Source: Macrostomum hystrix
Lineage: Eukaryota; Animalia; Platyhelminthes
Length of the DNA stretch: 64,000 nt
Direction: 5' to 3'
Assembly: GCA_950097015.1 (NCBI GenBank)
Contig: CATNEN010000039.1
Span: 9,610,001 to 9,674,000 of the forward strand
Shown: positions 25,322 to 37,454 of the stretch, piece after piece
Layout: every line of letters begins with the position of its first letter
Numbering within the stretch: position 1 is the stretch's first letter
The notes under the pieces: model-generated
Told to the model about the DNA's origin: nothing
The model's input: only the letters and a program-made list of their open reading frames with translations
Databases searched by the model: none
Translations under genes and position numbers: made by a program

Positions 25322-25770
25322 TATCCCCTCTCCTTCTCTCCCCTCTCCTTCTCGCCCCTCTCCTTCTCGCCCCCCTTCTTCTCGCCCCTCTCCTTCTCTC
25401 CCCTCTCCTTCTCTCCCCTCTCCTTCTCTCCCCTCTCCTTCTCTCCCCTCTCCTTCTCTCTCCTCTCCTTCTCTCCCCTCTCCTTCTCTCCCCTCTCCTT
25501 CTCGCCCCTCTCCTTCTCGCCCCTCTCCTTCTCGCCCCCCTTCTTCTCACCCCTCTCCTTCTCTCCCCTCTCCTTCTCTCCCCTCTCCTTCTCTCCCCTC
25601 TCCTTCTCTCTCCTCTCCTTCTCTCCCCTCTCCTTCTCTCCCCTCTCCTTCTCGCCCCTCTCCTTCTCGCCCCCCTTCTTCTCACCCCTCTCCTTCTCGC
25701 CCCTCTCCTTCTCGCCCCCCTTCTTCTCACCCCTCTCCTTCTCTCCCCTCTCCTTCTCGCCCTCTCCTTC
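25322..25770 (+). repeat. 15-bp polypyrimidine minisatellite (CTCTCCTTCTCTCCC)
   Basis: Direct periodicity. Confidence 0.95.
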
Positions 25771-26499
25771 TGAATATGTTACATTCTGAACCTCCATATA
25801 GCTTATTCATATGCGACCTCTTCTGTAATCATGAGAAAACTTCGAACCTTGTTAAAGTTTTTTCCCTAACAAAATCGAACTCGGGGCCAAAGATTTCGAT
25901 CTATTTCGCTTTGTGTGTGTTTTTTCATTTGTCCTTTTTTGGCTTTTGTAAATGCAAGCTATTAGTAGTGACTGCAGCTCGAGTGTATTATCTATCCTAG
26001 TATATATTTTGTTTTTTTCCTACTCAAAAACAACTAAACTCAAACTCAAAGAGAACGGTATGAGCAGTACCGTGGCAAAGTGGCCAGTCACAGCGAATAA
26101 TAGAGACCAACCTAGCGCCCACCCCACTTCAGCTTTCAGCACTGCAGTGAGTCTGTCGGTGAAGCGGGGGAAGCCGCTATTTCTTCGCCTGACGGCGAAG
26201 TTGTGGATGGAAACTCGATCAATGCCTTCGGGCTTCGGGGCGAAGGACGGCTTGAAATGGTACGGCTTAAGGGGGGAAGAAGAGACTCAGTTGAGAACCG
26301 TGCGGACACTTTAGATCGATATTAATCAGGTTCGCGTTAGCGGTAGGGATTGGAACCTTAGCCAGGCAGCGAGCTCCGGACTGGAAACAGGCTGGAAATT
26401 AGAGGACAAAAACTTGCACATTGTGCGCGGGAGAAAAGTTTGGAGAGTTAGAAAGAGACAGGTAGATAGTAGGGAAGATGAAGGGGAAATTTTGATTAG

Positions 26500-26900
26500 G
26501 AGAGTGAAAGGTAGACTGGTAAATTCTAGAGGTAGATTGGTAGATTGTCGGGTTGAGCGGTAGATTGCGAGGTAGAGTGGTAGATTGAGAAGTAGAGGGG
26601 TAGATTGTGAGGTAGAGTGGTAGATTGAGAAGTAGAGGGGTAGATTGTGAATTAGAGTTGTTGATTCAGAGTTAGAGTAGTCGATTGAGAGGTAGATTGC
26701 CAGGTAGAGTGGTAGATTGAGAGGTAGAGTTGTAGATTTAGAGGTAGAGTCGTAGATTGAGAGGTAGAGTGGTAGATTGAGAGGTAGAGTGGTATATTGA
26801 GAGGTAGAGTGGTAGATTGAAAGGTAGATTGGTAGATTGAGAGGTAGATTGGTAGATTGAGAGGTAGAGAGGTAGACTGGTAGATTGTGATAGATTGAGA
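26500..26900 (+). repeat. 20-bp minisatellite (AGAGGTAGAGTGGTAGATTG), degenerate
   Basis: Direct periodicity. Confidence 0.85.
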
Positions 26901-27840
26901 AGGTCTAGGAGACTGGGGCTGGGTTCCAAGAAACCTCAGCTTTTGTGATGTGTTCTGCAGACCTAAAAGTGAAATTAGCATCTAACACAACGGGTGCTCC
27001 AAATTGAGTAAATTGAGTTCAGGAAGCCAGGTGTTAGCAGCCACCGGGGCAATTTAGGAGGCCAAAAAATCCGTTCAAAACTGAAGAAAGAATTTCTGAG
27101 AAATCTGAAACGGCCCCCGATTTCTCAGAAAATCAGCAAAGTTTGCCCAAGCCTATCAGATTTTCAACACCTTTCACCCGCCATTAGAATTTCCTTAAGA
27201 AATCTCTACTATATGAACTGCCAAGGGGGGGAGAAGATTTTGTTCACACGAAGCTTAAATTTTTCTAAACAGACGCCCGCTTGCTTCAACAAATTTTCTT
27301 GTTAGAATTGTGGAAGCAGTGAGCAGCTGTGTGGTAGGAGTGGAAATTAATGACACCAAGGTGGGGCGCACGAGAGCTGATGAGTTGTGAAACGGGAGAT
27401 TTTTTAAAGACTAATTTTCTTCACTTTTTTGCTTCTAGGTAGCATCAGCAGCAGCAGCAGCAGCAGCATTAGGGTAGAGTGTTTTTGTCCCACTCTCCCA
27501 CCCTGTTTCCTCACCAGCTGCTCCCTAAAAAACTTCTCTTGACTGACGAAGGGAAAGAATGAGAAGTGATTGTCTCTGTGCCAAAGTCTCACGTTCGTTC
27601 ACTGCGATTTTTTCCTTTCTTCACTAAACCATTGAGGGGAGCCACAACTGTCTCGCTGTCCCCCACTCGGCTTTCATTGTTACCTCTCACACCCATTTTC
27701 ACACTTTTTTCCAACTTCATTTCCTACAACTAGAGCTCTCTGAATGCGGACAACTGTGGTAGCTAGTTTAGACTGCTTTCAGACACTTTCCATCCCAGAT
27801 TCACGCTGTTTTGACCAACTCTTTGACTTGGCAATCATTT

Positions 27841-28971
27841 AGAAATAACAAGAGACATCAGCGAGAAGCATGAACTGAAGGGAGAGATGAGACAGGTGAG
27901 AGATGGGACAGGTGAGAGATAAGACAGGAGAGAGATGGGACAGGAGAGAGATAAGACAGGTGAGAGATAGGACAGGTGAGAGATAAGACAGGTGAGAGAT
28001 GGGACAAGTGAGAGATGGGACAGGTGAGAGATGGGACAGGTGAGAGATGGGACAGGTGAGAGATAAGACAGGTGAGAGATAAGACAGGTGAGAGATGGGA
28101 CAAGTGAGAGATAAGACAGGTGAGAGATAAGACAGGTGAGAGATGGGACAAGTGAGAGAGATGGGACAAGTGAGAGAGATAAGACAGGTGAGAGATAAGA
28201 CAGGTGAGAGATAAGACAGGTGAGAGATAAGACAGGTGAGAGATAAGACAGGTGAGAGATGGGACAAGTGAGAGAGATAAGACAGGTGAGAGATGGGACA
28301 GGTGAGAGATGGGACAAGTGAGAGATGGGACAAGTGAGAGATGGGACAAGTGAGAGATAAGACAGGTGAGAGATAAGACAGGTGAGAGATGGGACAAGTG
28401 AGAGATAAGACAGGTGAGAGATAAGACAGGTGAGAGATGGGACAAGTGAGAGAGATGGGACAAGTGAGAGAGATAAGACAGGTGAGAGATGGGACAGGTG
28501 AGAGATAAGACAGGTGAGAGATAAGACAGGTGAGAGATGGGACAAGTGAGAGATAAGACAGGTGAGAGATAAGACAGGTGAGAGATGGGACAAGTGAGAG
28601 AGATGGGACAAGTGAGAGAGATAAGACAGCTGAGAGATGGGACAGGTGAGAGATAAGACAGGTGAGAGATAAGACAGGTGAGAGATAAGACAGGTGAGAG
28701 ATGGGACAAGTGAGAGAGATAAGACAGGTGAGAGATGGGACAGGTGAGAGATGGGACAAGTGAGAGATGGGACAAGTGAGAGATGGGACAAGTGAGAGAT
28801 GGGACAGGTGAGAGATGGGACAGGTGAGAGATGGGACAGGTGAGAGATGGGACAAGTGAGAGATAAGACAGGGGAGAGATGAGACAGATGAGGGATGAGA
28901 CAAGAGTATGTGTTGGAAGATTTCAGGGACCGGATTTCGAAGGCCCGCGGGCCGTGGGAAGCCAGCCCGTG
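27841..28971 (+). mobile_element. Second, left-truncated copy of the hAT MITE with its 16-bp array
   Basis: Inner-left AGAAATAACAAGAGACATCAGCGAGAAGCATGAACTG resembles AGAAACTAAAAGACAACAGCGGGCCGCATTGACTG of the 19283 copy. Right end TGTTGGAAG...CCGGATTT...GGCCCGCGGGCCG...CCCGTG is followed by CTCTAAGA. No left TIR found. Confidence 0.7.
27880..28900 (+). repeat. 16-bp minisatellite variant (GAGAT[GG/AA]GACAGGTGA)
   Basis: Direct periodicity; derivative of the MITE cargo unit. Confidence 0.95.
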
Positions 28972-29391
28972 CTCTAAGAGCGCCCAGTGAGACCTAAATT
29001 CCGAACTGATTTCAGGTCAGCCGCCTGGCAACTAAATATTTGAGGTTGTCTCAAGACACGGAGGGAGAGAGAAGGCTGTCTTGAGATCTGAATAAAAAAA
29101 TCGTGATTTCTTCTTTAAAAAAAAGAGAAAGTGCGTTAGTGCGTGTCGGTGAGTGCGGCTCCCGTGTTGGACACTGCCCACTCCACTGGGCCTTTCACCC
29201 GTGTCTGTTCGTTTGAGTACTGGGGCGGCCTTCACAACAGCCTTACTACTTCACGTGAAGATTAGCCAAGCAGTGGACGGCTGTAGTCGGCCTGGACTCA
29301 AACTGTGCTCAATTTTGTCCTGGCTTTGCTTTAGATTAGTTTATTAGCTGATTTAAGTCGTGACTGCCGTCTCTCAATCTCCCTCGATCAA

Positions 29392-30110
29392 TCTCCCTCG
29401 ATCAATCTCCCTCTATCAATCCCCCTCGATCAATCTCCCTCGATCAATCTCCTTCAATCAATCTCCTTCTATCAATCTCCCCCCTATCAATCTCCTTCAA
29501 TCAATCTCCTTCTATCAATCTCCCCCCTATCAATCTCCTTCAATCAATCTCCTTCTATCAATCTCCCCCCTATCAATCTACCATTATCGATCTCCTTCAA
29601 TCAAGCTACCTCTATCAATCTCCCTCGATCAATCTCCCTCGATCAATCTACTTCGATCAATCTCCTTCTATCAATCTCCTTCTATCAATCTCCCCCTATC
29701 AATCTACCATTATTGATCTCCTTCAATCAATCTCCTTCTATCAATCTCCCCCCTATCAATCTACCATTATCGATCTCCTTCAATCAATCTACCTCTATCA
29801 ATCTCCCTCGATCAATCTCCCTCTATCAATCTCCCTCTATCAATCTCCCTCGATCAATCTCCCTCGATCAATCTCCCTCTATCAATCTCCTTCGATCAAT
29901 ATCCTTCAATCAATCTCCTTCTATCAATCTCCCCCCTATCAATCTACCATTATCGATCTCCTTCAATCAATCTACCTCTATCAATCTCCCTGGATCAATC
30001 TCCCTTGATCAATCTCCCTCGATCAATCTCCCTCGATCCATCTTCCTTTATCAATCTCCCTCTATCAATCTCCCTCTATCAATCTCTCCCCTAATCTCTC
30101 AATCAATCTT
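29392..30110 (+). repeat. ~14-bp minisatellite (TCAATCTCCTTCTA / TCAATCTCCCTCGA)
   Basis: Direct periodicity with variants. Confidence 0.88.
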
Positions 30111-30973
30111 CCGCTCAAAATCTCCCAATTCCAAAAGGTCACTAGAAAGTTTTCACGCCTATTCGACTTTGCCCTAAAAATGCTACATTTTCTCGTCAAA
30201 GCCCGAGTCGCATTGTGTGGAAAGTCAATTTCCTTCTAAGCTAATGAGCCAATTTGTTCTAATCGGACTTCTCCTTTGAAAATCTTCCAGCATCCCCATG
30301 AAAAAGATGAAGTCCTCAAATGAAAAAGTGTGGCTCTCGTCACCTTCCGCCATCGAATCGAAAATTTGGTTTCGCACCAGTTGAACAAATATTTGAGCAC
30401 TGCCTGCCCGTTCTGCTCAGAACGCCGACCTCGAGACAGAGAGAGAGAGAGAGAAACGCTGCTAAAGTAACTCTGGCTGCTCTGGCACCTCAGACTATGA
30501 GAGTTGAGATGAGAATCTTCAGTTTATTCTGCTGCTTTTGCTGAATAATTGCTGTCTGATGGAGTCACATTTCCGTATCTAGCTCGTACTCAACGCCTGA
30601 TTGAAACAAGAAACCTGTCTTTGGAGATAGAGGAATGTTCAGTGCTTTTTTGGTTTATTGAATTTTTTCTGACATTTTATGAGTTTTTCCTTGAAGATAT
30701 TAAATAATTTTAGCTTTCATTTCTTGGAAATATGTAGCATTTCCTGGAATATTCTGAAGTTTCTATTAAATTAAAACTTCAGAATGTTTTGAAACTGCAA
30801 CTTTTTAGGTATCAGAAATTCTAAGACAGTTCAAGAACAGATTGCTTAATTTGTTTAAATTTAGGGAGATCTGAATGCAGACTTTCATAATTAATAAAGA
30901 TAAATATTTTCCTTAGGGCTGCCAGCACTGGCACATCATTTGGTGACACTAGACCCGCAGCCAGCGAGGAGGC

Positions 30974-31150
30974 AATTCTGCCATTTCCGTCGACTCCTGA
31001 GCACACACACACGCACAGGTGTGTACATCTACCCTGACTTTCTCGTCGTCAGGCAGTGTACACGCTCACTGTGCCTTGGAGGTTGGCCCTCATTGGCGTT
31101 AATCGCACGGCAAAGCCCCCAAAAACTTCTCAGCTACCATGGCATTCGCT
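30974..31150 (-). mobile_element. Second dispersed repeat family, SINE-like, copy 2 (in protocadherin intron)
   Basis: Colinear similarity to 11591-11770; head region degraded. Confidence 0.55.
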
Positions 31151-32598
31151 CACCGAGTGAGACAGAGAGACAGTTCTCGGTTGACATGGGGAAAAAATAA
31201 AAGAGGACCGCCACAGATTTCCGAAGGAGATTTCCCGCCCGGCTGCCGAAGAGCCGCGAAAGTCTGCGAGGTGGAATAGAAATTTGATAAAATGCTAATG
31301 ACCAACTCGAGGTGTCCCGAGTCCCGAGATTTGGCCTCGAGCTGTGAAGAACTCGACAAATTTCTCTCTATCCGCCCTGGTTTCGAGTGGACTTTGAATT
31401 TGTTTGACTGTCCGATGAATTTGTCGATTCCCTCCGGAATCTGTGCCGAGGGAAATGGAGATTTGGAGAAGGGAATCGAGGCTCACAGTCCAACCAAGCG
31501 TCGCAGATTGCTTCAGTTTTGGCTGAGATGCGAACTTCCGACCTCTTGTTTAGAAATCCGAAGCTCTACTTTACTTCAAAGTGGAAATTCAGTAATCACG
31601 AATTGCTCACAGGCAAGAAGAGGAAATCCAATTTCCAAGATTTTGACGGCCGATCCATCACCAACGACGTCACTATAGACCAACATTGCTAGTTGAGTCA
31701 TCTGTCTCTCCTGTCTCTTCACTGTGCTCATTTCGACGTGAGAGTTGAGCAAATTCTCAACTTCGAACTTGACAAGGGAGATTTTATTGCGCTGTGCAAA
31801 CACCTCATAACCTCATTACCTTGCTAGCTAGCTTCTCGGGGACCTGAGACAGGTGTGCAGGATCCCCCACCCTTTACTTGGCAGGTGGTTTCTCGTGTGC
31901 TCAATACTGGAGTCCTTGCTCTGAAAGACTACCTTTAAGGACAGAAACTGTACACTGCTCTTTGCCTCGCTCCCAGTGAGTGTGAGAATTGCTTTGTAGA
32001 AGAAGTGGCCTTGCTCAAGCAGTTTCATGGCCCTGAAGATCGGCGGCTTTTTTGGCAAGAATTTGCTTCAGAATTGCAAATCCATACTCTCTGGCCGCCG
32101 CTTCCAAATGAGTTATGGGGATTAAAATCCCCCACGGGGATGAGAAAAATAAAGCTGGACTTTTTTCTCTTAGAAAAAACACAGGGCGGATTAAGAAAAT
32201 TTGAAAGCGGCTGGAGGGCCCTGGCCAGAGGTGGGGATGAAAAGTGGCCGGTCAAGTTTTCAATGCAAAGTGGAAAACTAAACCGAGGAGAGAGAAAATA
32301 AAGAGGCGAGGCCGGAGAACAGAGAGCGTTGAGCAACACAGAATACTGCTCCGTGGCGTCACCAGGAAGCCTATGCGAGAAAATCGATACATGTGGATTT
32401 GCGTTACTGGGTAAAAACTCTTTTTAGTCGGATTGGCCAAGGGAAGTCGATTCATTGTGCGCTGAACGGAGTGGCTAAAAAGCATCCCAATTAGGGGCAC
32501 ACGCGAGTGGTGCTTGGCCATGTAGCAAGGCCATTGCGCTGAGTAATGCGCCCTACGCTAGCTGGGGGGGGGGCCGCGTGGCGAGAGACCGCACTCAC

Positions 32599-35074
32599 CG
32601 TGACTGATGTGGCCCGGTGAGCAGGGCTGCTTCCTGGCCATGAGGCAGATGGCCGTGATGAGAACCGCGCAGATGACCCCGGTGGCCACCACGATGCAGA
32701 TGATGATGAGCTTGTTTGTCTCCATATCGGCTGACCAAGCGTCCTTGAGCAGGCTGGTCGGTGGACGATCATCGATGCTGATCTTTAAAGAGGCCTCGGT
32801 TGAGCGCTGCGGATTGCCAGAGTCAGTGGCGGTGATGGTCAGCTTTACGACGCCCATGTCGTTGCGGCTCATTGGCTTCTTCACGTAGAGCTTGCCCGAG
32901 TCCGGGTCGATGCTGAACTTTTCGTACAGGTTGCCCTGTTTGAGGCTGTAAGTCAGCTTGCTGTTGACACCAGCATCGGCGTCACTCGCGCGAACTTCGG
33001 CGACCTGGAAGTCTGGAGGCTCTTGGTAGGACAGACGAACCTCGGAGTCGCCAGATGGCGAGGGGAACTGGAACACCGGGTCGCAGTCATTGACGTCGCT
33101 GACATCGACGATGACCGTCGCGGTGGCGGTGTTCCTGACTGTTGCGCCAAGGTCGAAGGCGATCACGCGGAACTGGTAGGAGGCCCGGAACTCGCGGTCT
33201 ATCGGCTGCTGTGTGTAGATTGTGGGGCCTTCGCTGGGCAGCTGAAATGGAACGCCAACGTCGTCTGGATGCAGTGTGTAGCTGACCTTGCCGTTGCTGC
33301 CGATGTCGGCGTCAGTGGCGTTCAGATCGCCCACGTGCTGGCCGGTTCGGTCCGTTTCGGTAACTCGAAACTTGTAAAGCTGCTGGCTGAATCGCGGCGG
33401 GTTGTCGTTGATGTCGGTCAGGCGAATCGAGACGGTGGCGGTGGCAACGTGCGGACCGTCGCTGGCGGTGACGTAAAACTCGTAGCCCTCCGGATGTCGC
33501 TCCCGGTCAAGCGCCTCGCGAGTCCTGATGAGGCCGGTTGAGTCGATTTCAAACGGACTGCCTCCAATCTGGGACGATTTCCACACGATCTGGTAGGTCA
33601 GGCGGGCGTTCTCGCCGATGTCCCGGTCGACAGCCGTCACGTTCAGCACCTGGTCTCCGGGCGCGTTTCCCTCGGCAAAGTCCTTCCGATAGTAGCCGCC
33701 GCTCTCGACAAACACAGGCGGGCTGTCATTCTCGTCCAGTACATCGACTGTAACAGGCAGCGAGTTGGTCAGCGGCGGTGTGCCCCGATCGGTGCAGGAC
33801 ACCGTGGGATTCTGCACCGCAAACTCCTCGCGGTCTAGCCCAACCTTCGTTGCCAGCCGGTAGAAAACCCGGCCCTGCACCGCCTGCAGCTTGGTTAGGG
33901 TGAAGTACTGCGCCCTATCGGTGATGGAGCAGTCGAAATCTCCGGCCAGGCCGGCGTCTCGATCCAATACCTCCACGTTGACGACAGTGGCGTTGGCCTT
34001 GTTCTCCATCACAGAGATCCTCTTGTCTGTATACAGAGTGATCTCCGGCTTCTGGTCGTTGACATCGATCACGTCGATAATTATGCTAGCCCGATCCTCT
34101 TTGGGATCCGAGCCGGCGTCCCTGGCAACCACGCTAAACTCGTAACGCTTTGTGGTCTCGTAGTCCAACTTGTTTGAGTCTTTCACGTAGATACTGCCGG
34201 TGTACAGGCCGATGTCAAACACCGAGCCGATGGTGGCCAGGCTCTCTGTGGCGAACCGATACGATACGTTTCCATTCAGCCCAATGTCCTTGTCCGAGGC
34301 GCGCACCGTCAGGAATGTGAATCCGTTGGACGCGTCTTCGCGAACACTAGCCGAGTAGATGCTCTTGTCGAATTTCGGGCTCTCGTCGTTGACGTCGGTC
34401 ACCGTAACGGTTAGCGGCACCGAAGTCTGTCGCCCCCCGCCGTCCTCCGCGGTCAGCGTGAAGTTGTAGAGCTCACGAGTCTCGCGGTCCAGCTCCTGCT
34501 GCACAAACAGCTTCAGCACCAGGGCGCCGCTGACAGGATCGGTGGCAACCTCCAGGCGGAAGCTGGGCGAGTCCGGCTGCAGCCGGTAGCCGACAACCGA
34601 GTTCCTGCCCTGGTCCGGATCGGTGGCCGTGGGACTGACGCCCCTTGACGTGCCGGGCCGCGCATTCTCAGGAAACGAAACGTCGAGACGCGCGACACTC
34701 CACTGCGGACTGTGATCGTTCTGGTCGACAATCGTGATGTGCACCACAATGATGTCCGTGCCAGCGTAGATCACAGTCAGTTCGCGAACGCAGTCGCCAG
34801 ACACTGGTGCTGGCTTCAGATTGCACAGCGCGGCAGCGTTCAGATCCCGGTCGATGGCAGCCTTCACCGTGATGACGCCAGTGTCCGGCTGAACTGAAAA
34901 GTAGTCATCCCTGGTTGTGTAGGTTCCACCGGCTGGCGTGCGGCTCAAAGTGCCGACCTGCGTATTGACTGCGGTCTTCTCCCGGATTCTGAAGGTCACG
35001 GGCGACTGACTGAGGGCCGGCTGGACTAGCTGCAACAGCGGCAGCAGCAGACACAGCCACCAAGTATGTGGCAT
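32599..35074 (-). CDS. Protocadherin (delta-like, 7 EC repeats), coding exon 1: signal peptide, ectodomain, TM and juxtamembrane region
   Basis: ATG at 35074 (the track's 35080 start is TTG), followed by hydrophobic signal peptide MPHTWWLCLLLPLLQLVQPALS. Six DxNDxxP-type linkers (DQNDHSP, DVNDESP, DVNDQKP, DENDSPP, DINDNPP, DVNDCDP) plus a seventh EC domain; LDRE/LDYE and AxDxG motifs; TM LIIICIVVATGVICAVLITAICLM. Donor CACG|GTGAGT after 32599 (phase 1). GC-rich third positions. Confidence 0.95.
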
Positions 35075-35163
35075 CGTCAAAGACTGTATGAAGGCTGGAT
35101 GGTTAGCTCCGAAATGTTTGCTTGACCTTGAGAAGTGTCGCCGCTACCGCTGGCTTTGTCAAG
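35075..35163 (-). other. 5'-UTR portion of protocadherin exon after a splice acceptor
   Basis: Polypyrimidine tract and AG (ttcctcatccttcctcgcatgcag|) ending at 35164, 89 nt upstream of the ATG. Confidence 0.55.
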
Positions 35164-35746
35164 CTGCATGCGAGGAAGGATGAGGAACGCTCAGGGGTGT
35201 CTGGACCTCACTTTTCAATCGCGCTTAAAGGCCTCTCTCAGACAGGCTACCCCCAGTACCGCCGGCTCCTTCAGTAAAGCTGCCTGGACCGCACCCACCC
35301 CAACTCCCAGCCCACCAGGGGCGACGACCAATGGGAACGCAGAGACGCAGCCTCCAATGGCAGAGGGGCAGAGGCGTGTCTGTTCTGCACTGGGTGACGC
35401 AGCTCCGGCAGGGGCACAAGATGAGACACTTGCAAACTGGTCGTCGGCCCTGCAAATTGAGGTTGTTGGGGGTTCTGGCGTTGGCACAGTGGATTTCAAT
35501 TCGCAGTTTGAAGAGAATGGCTTCGGGTGGATTGCTCGGGCCCTACCACAATTGCTAGCATTGGGTGTAATTTTCCTGAGTGGGCAGATTTCCAACTTCC
35601 TTCCTGAGCAAGGTTGAAGAAATCCCCCCGCTGAGCTGCGGGTCCGCGATGGGATGATATTCCCCCCTCCCCCGGCCTCCCAAAGCGCCTGGTTGCAGCT
35701 TGCGGAAGTGACGCTTTAAATAAAGTATATTTCTCCCTGCTCTCAC

Positions 35747-35842
35747 CTCAAGTCTGTCCCTATCTGCTCAACTGACCTTGCAAGGGTTGGTGGTCAGTGA
35801 CCTCTCGCTCGTGTCCCACTTTCACTTTTCTGTGCAGCAACA
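35747..35842 (-). other. Putative non-coding 5'-UTR exon of protocadherin
   Basis: Acceptor attctcttccag| at 35843 and donor GAG|GTGAGA at 35746 delimit 96 nt. Confidence 0.35.
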
Positions 35843-36721
35843 CTGGAAGAGAATTCCTAAAGAGAATTCGTTATTTTAACCAACTGTTGAATGTTCTTTA
35901 AGCGACAAAATTTCACTTATTATTTCAATTTGTTATTAATTTTTCATCGATGAATAAAAAAAACAATTATTTTCTAAAACATTGGCAAAATTGTAACAAC
36001 GAAAAAGTTGACGAAGTTCTCAAAATCTAACGAATAGAAAAACCTTTTTGCGAATTAAAATTTTTAAGAATTCTAGGAGTGATTAATTCAACTTTATATT
36101 CATTAGTGAAACTTGTGAATTTACCAAAACATTAACACAAATTGCTTGTACAAAAAAACTACGAATTTCAAAACTGCAGCAGCCATTGCATTTTAGTTTC
36201 CAACCGGAACAGCAGTTGAAACTGCGCACAATGAGCTAGCTCATAAAGGGGATTCTCACGGTTTGTCTAAATGCGTCAACAGTTTTTACTGCGCCTTTAA
36301 ATCCGGAAAAAGTGACTTGCTGTTAGTTTAGACTATGAAACTCGAATTCGTGTCTTTGAAGCATTTTTGTTCCACTTTTTTTCCGCAGAAATCGTAGCCC
36401 GTCCGATGGAAGATCTGCACATTTCCGAGAGTGCCTCAGTGAGTGCGAGACAATTGTGGGAACACTGCTTTTTTGTTCCCCAATAAACAGGCCAACTGCA
36501 GAAGCGTTTGGGATTTTTTTAGGCAATTGCTAGGGAGAGAAGAGAGAGGCCTTCCAACTGACAGCTGTCTGTCAGTGAGATTCCCCCCAGTGGGGCTGTT
36601 TTCCCAATGCCAGAAGCCATCCCAGATCCCACTTTTCGGGAAAAAAAGTTTTTTTCTCACAAAATGTGACGTGCTAACTAAGCACTTGGAGACAGCGAGA
36701 CCTAGCCATCCATCCTTCCTT

Positions 36722-36728
36722 CTATCTG

Positions 36729-36799
<71 letters not shown>

Positions 36800-36836
36800 G
36801 TCTATCTATCTATCTATCTATCCATCTATCTATCTG

Positions 36837-36902
<66 letters not shown>

Positions 36903-36921
36903 CATCTATCTATCTATCTAT
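36722..36921 (+). repeat. (TATC)n microsatellite
   Basis: Direct. Confidence 0.98.
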
Positions 36922-37454
36922 CTCTCTAACGTAGGTCAAGGGTCTTGCAGTACTAAATGACTTGACTGGCATACCAGTCATACCAGTCCTTTGTCAATTT
37001 TTGTCCATTATGTTTTTGCCTATATTTCGCTGCTTCCACACAATCTCTTACTGTTTATTTTTGAATGCATGGGTGGGCCACGGAGGCCAGTGGCTTTGAA
37101 AAGTGTATAGTAGGAACTAGAAAATGACACCGAATGGGACAGATGAAATCGTCACAAATTCCATGAAATCATTTCCTAAGGAACTGACTGATTTGCAAGT
37201 GTTCAGTAGAACAAATTATTATTAACAATGATCCGCCTTGCTGGTTGGGAGATCTAGCAAATCAAATATGTTTGCTGATGATGGTCCGGTATAAATTATG
37301 CCGTGTTTACGTTAATGCTTACCTGTGGAAGATGGCTTAATTGGATAACCGCGACACTATAGGGTGAATATACCATTTGAAATCACAACTGGTCATAAAT
37401 GAACAGTCATTTGTTAGGATTTTTTCGATTTTAATTTTTCTTTTCATTTCCTGA

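Noticed and set aside
27377-27395. CTGATGA..GAAAC hammerhead-like motif (also CTGAAGA at 27081)
   Set aside because: No helix I or III and no NUH site can be formed.
32491-35617. Alternative-frame and antisense ORFs overlapping or adjoining the protocadherin exon
   Set aside because: Expected shadows of a GC-rich region; no independent features.
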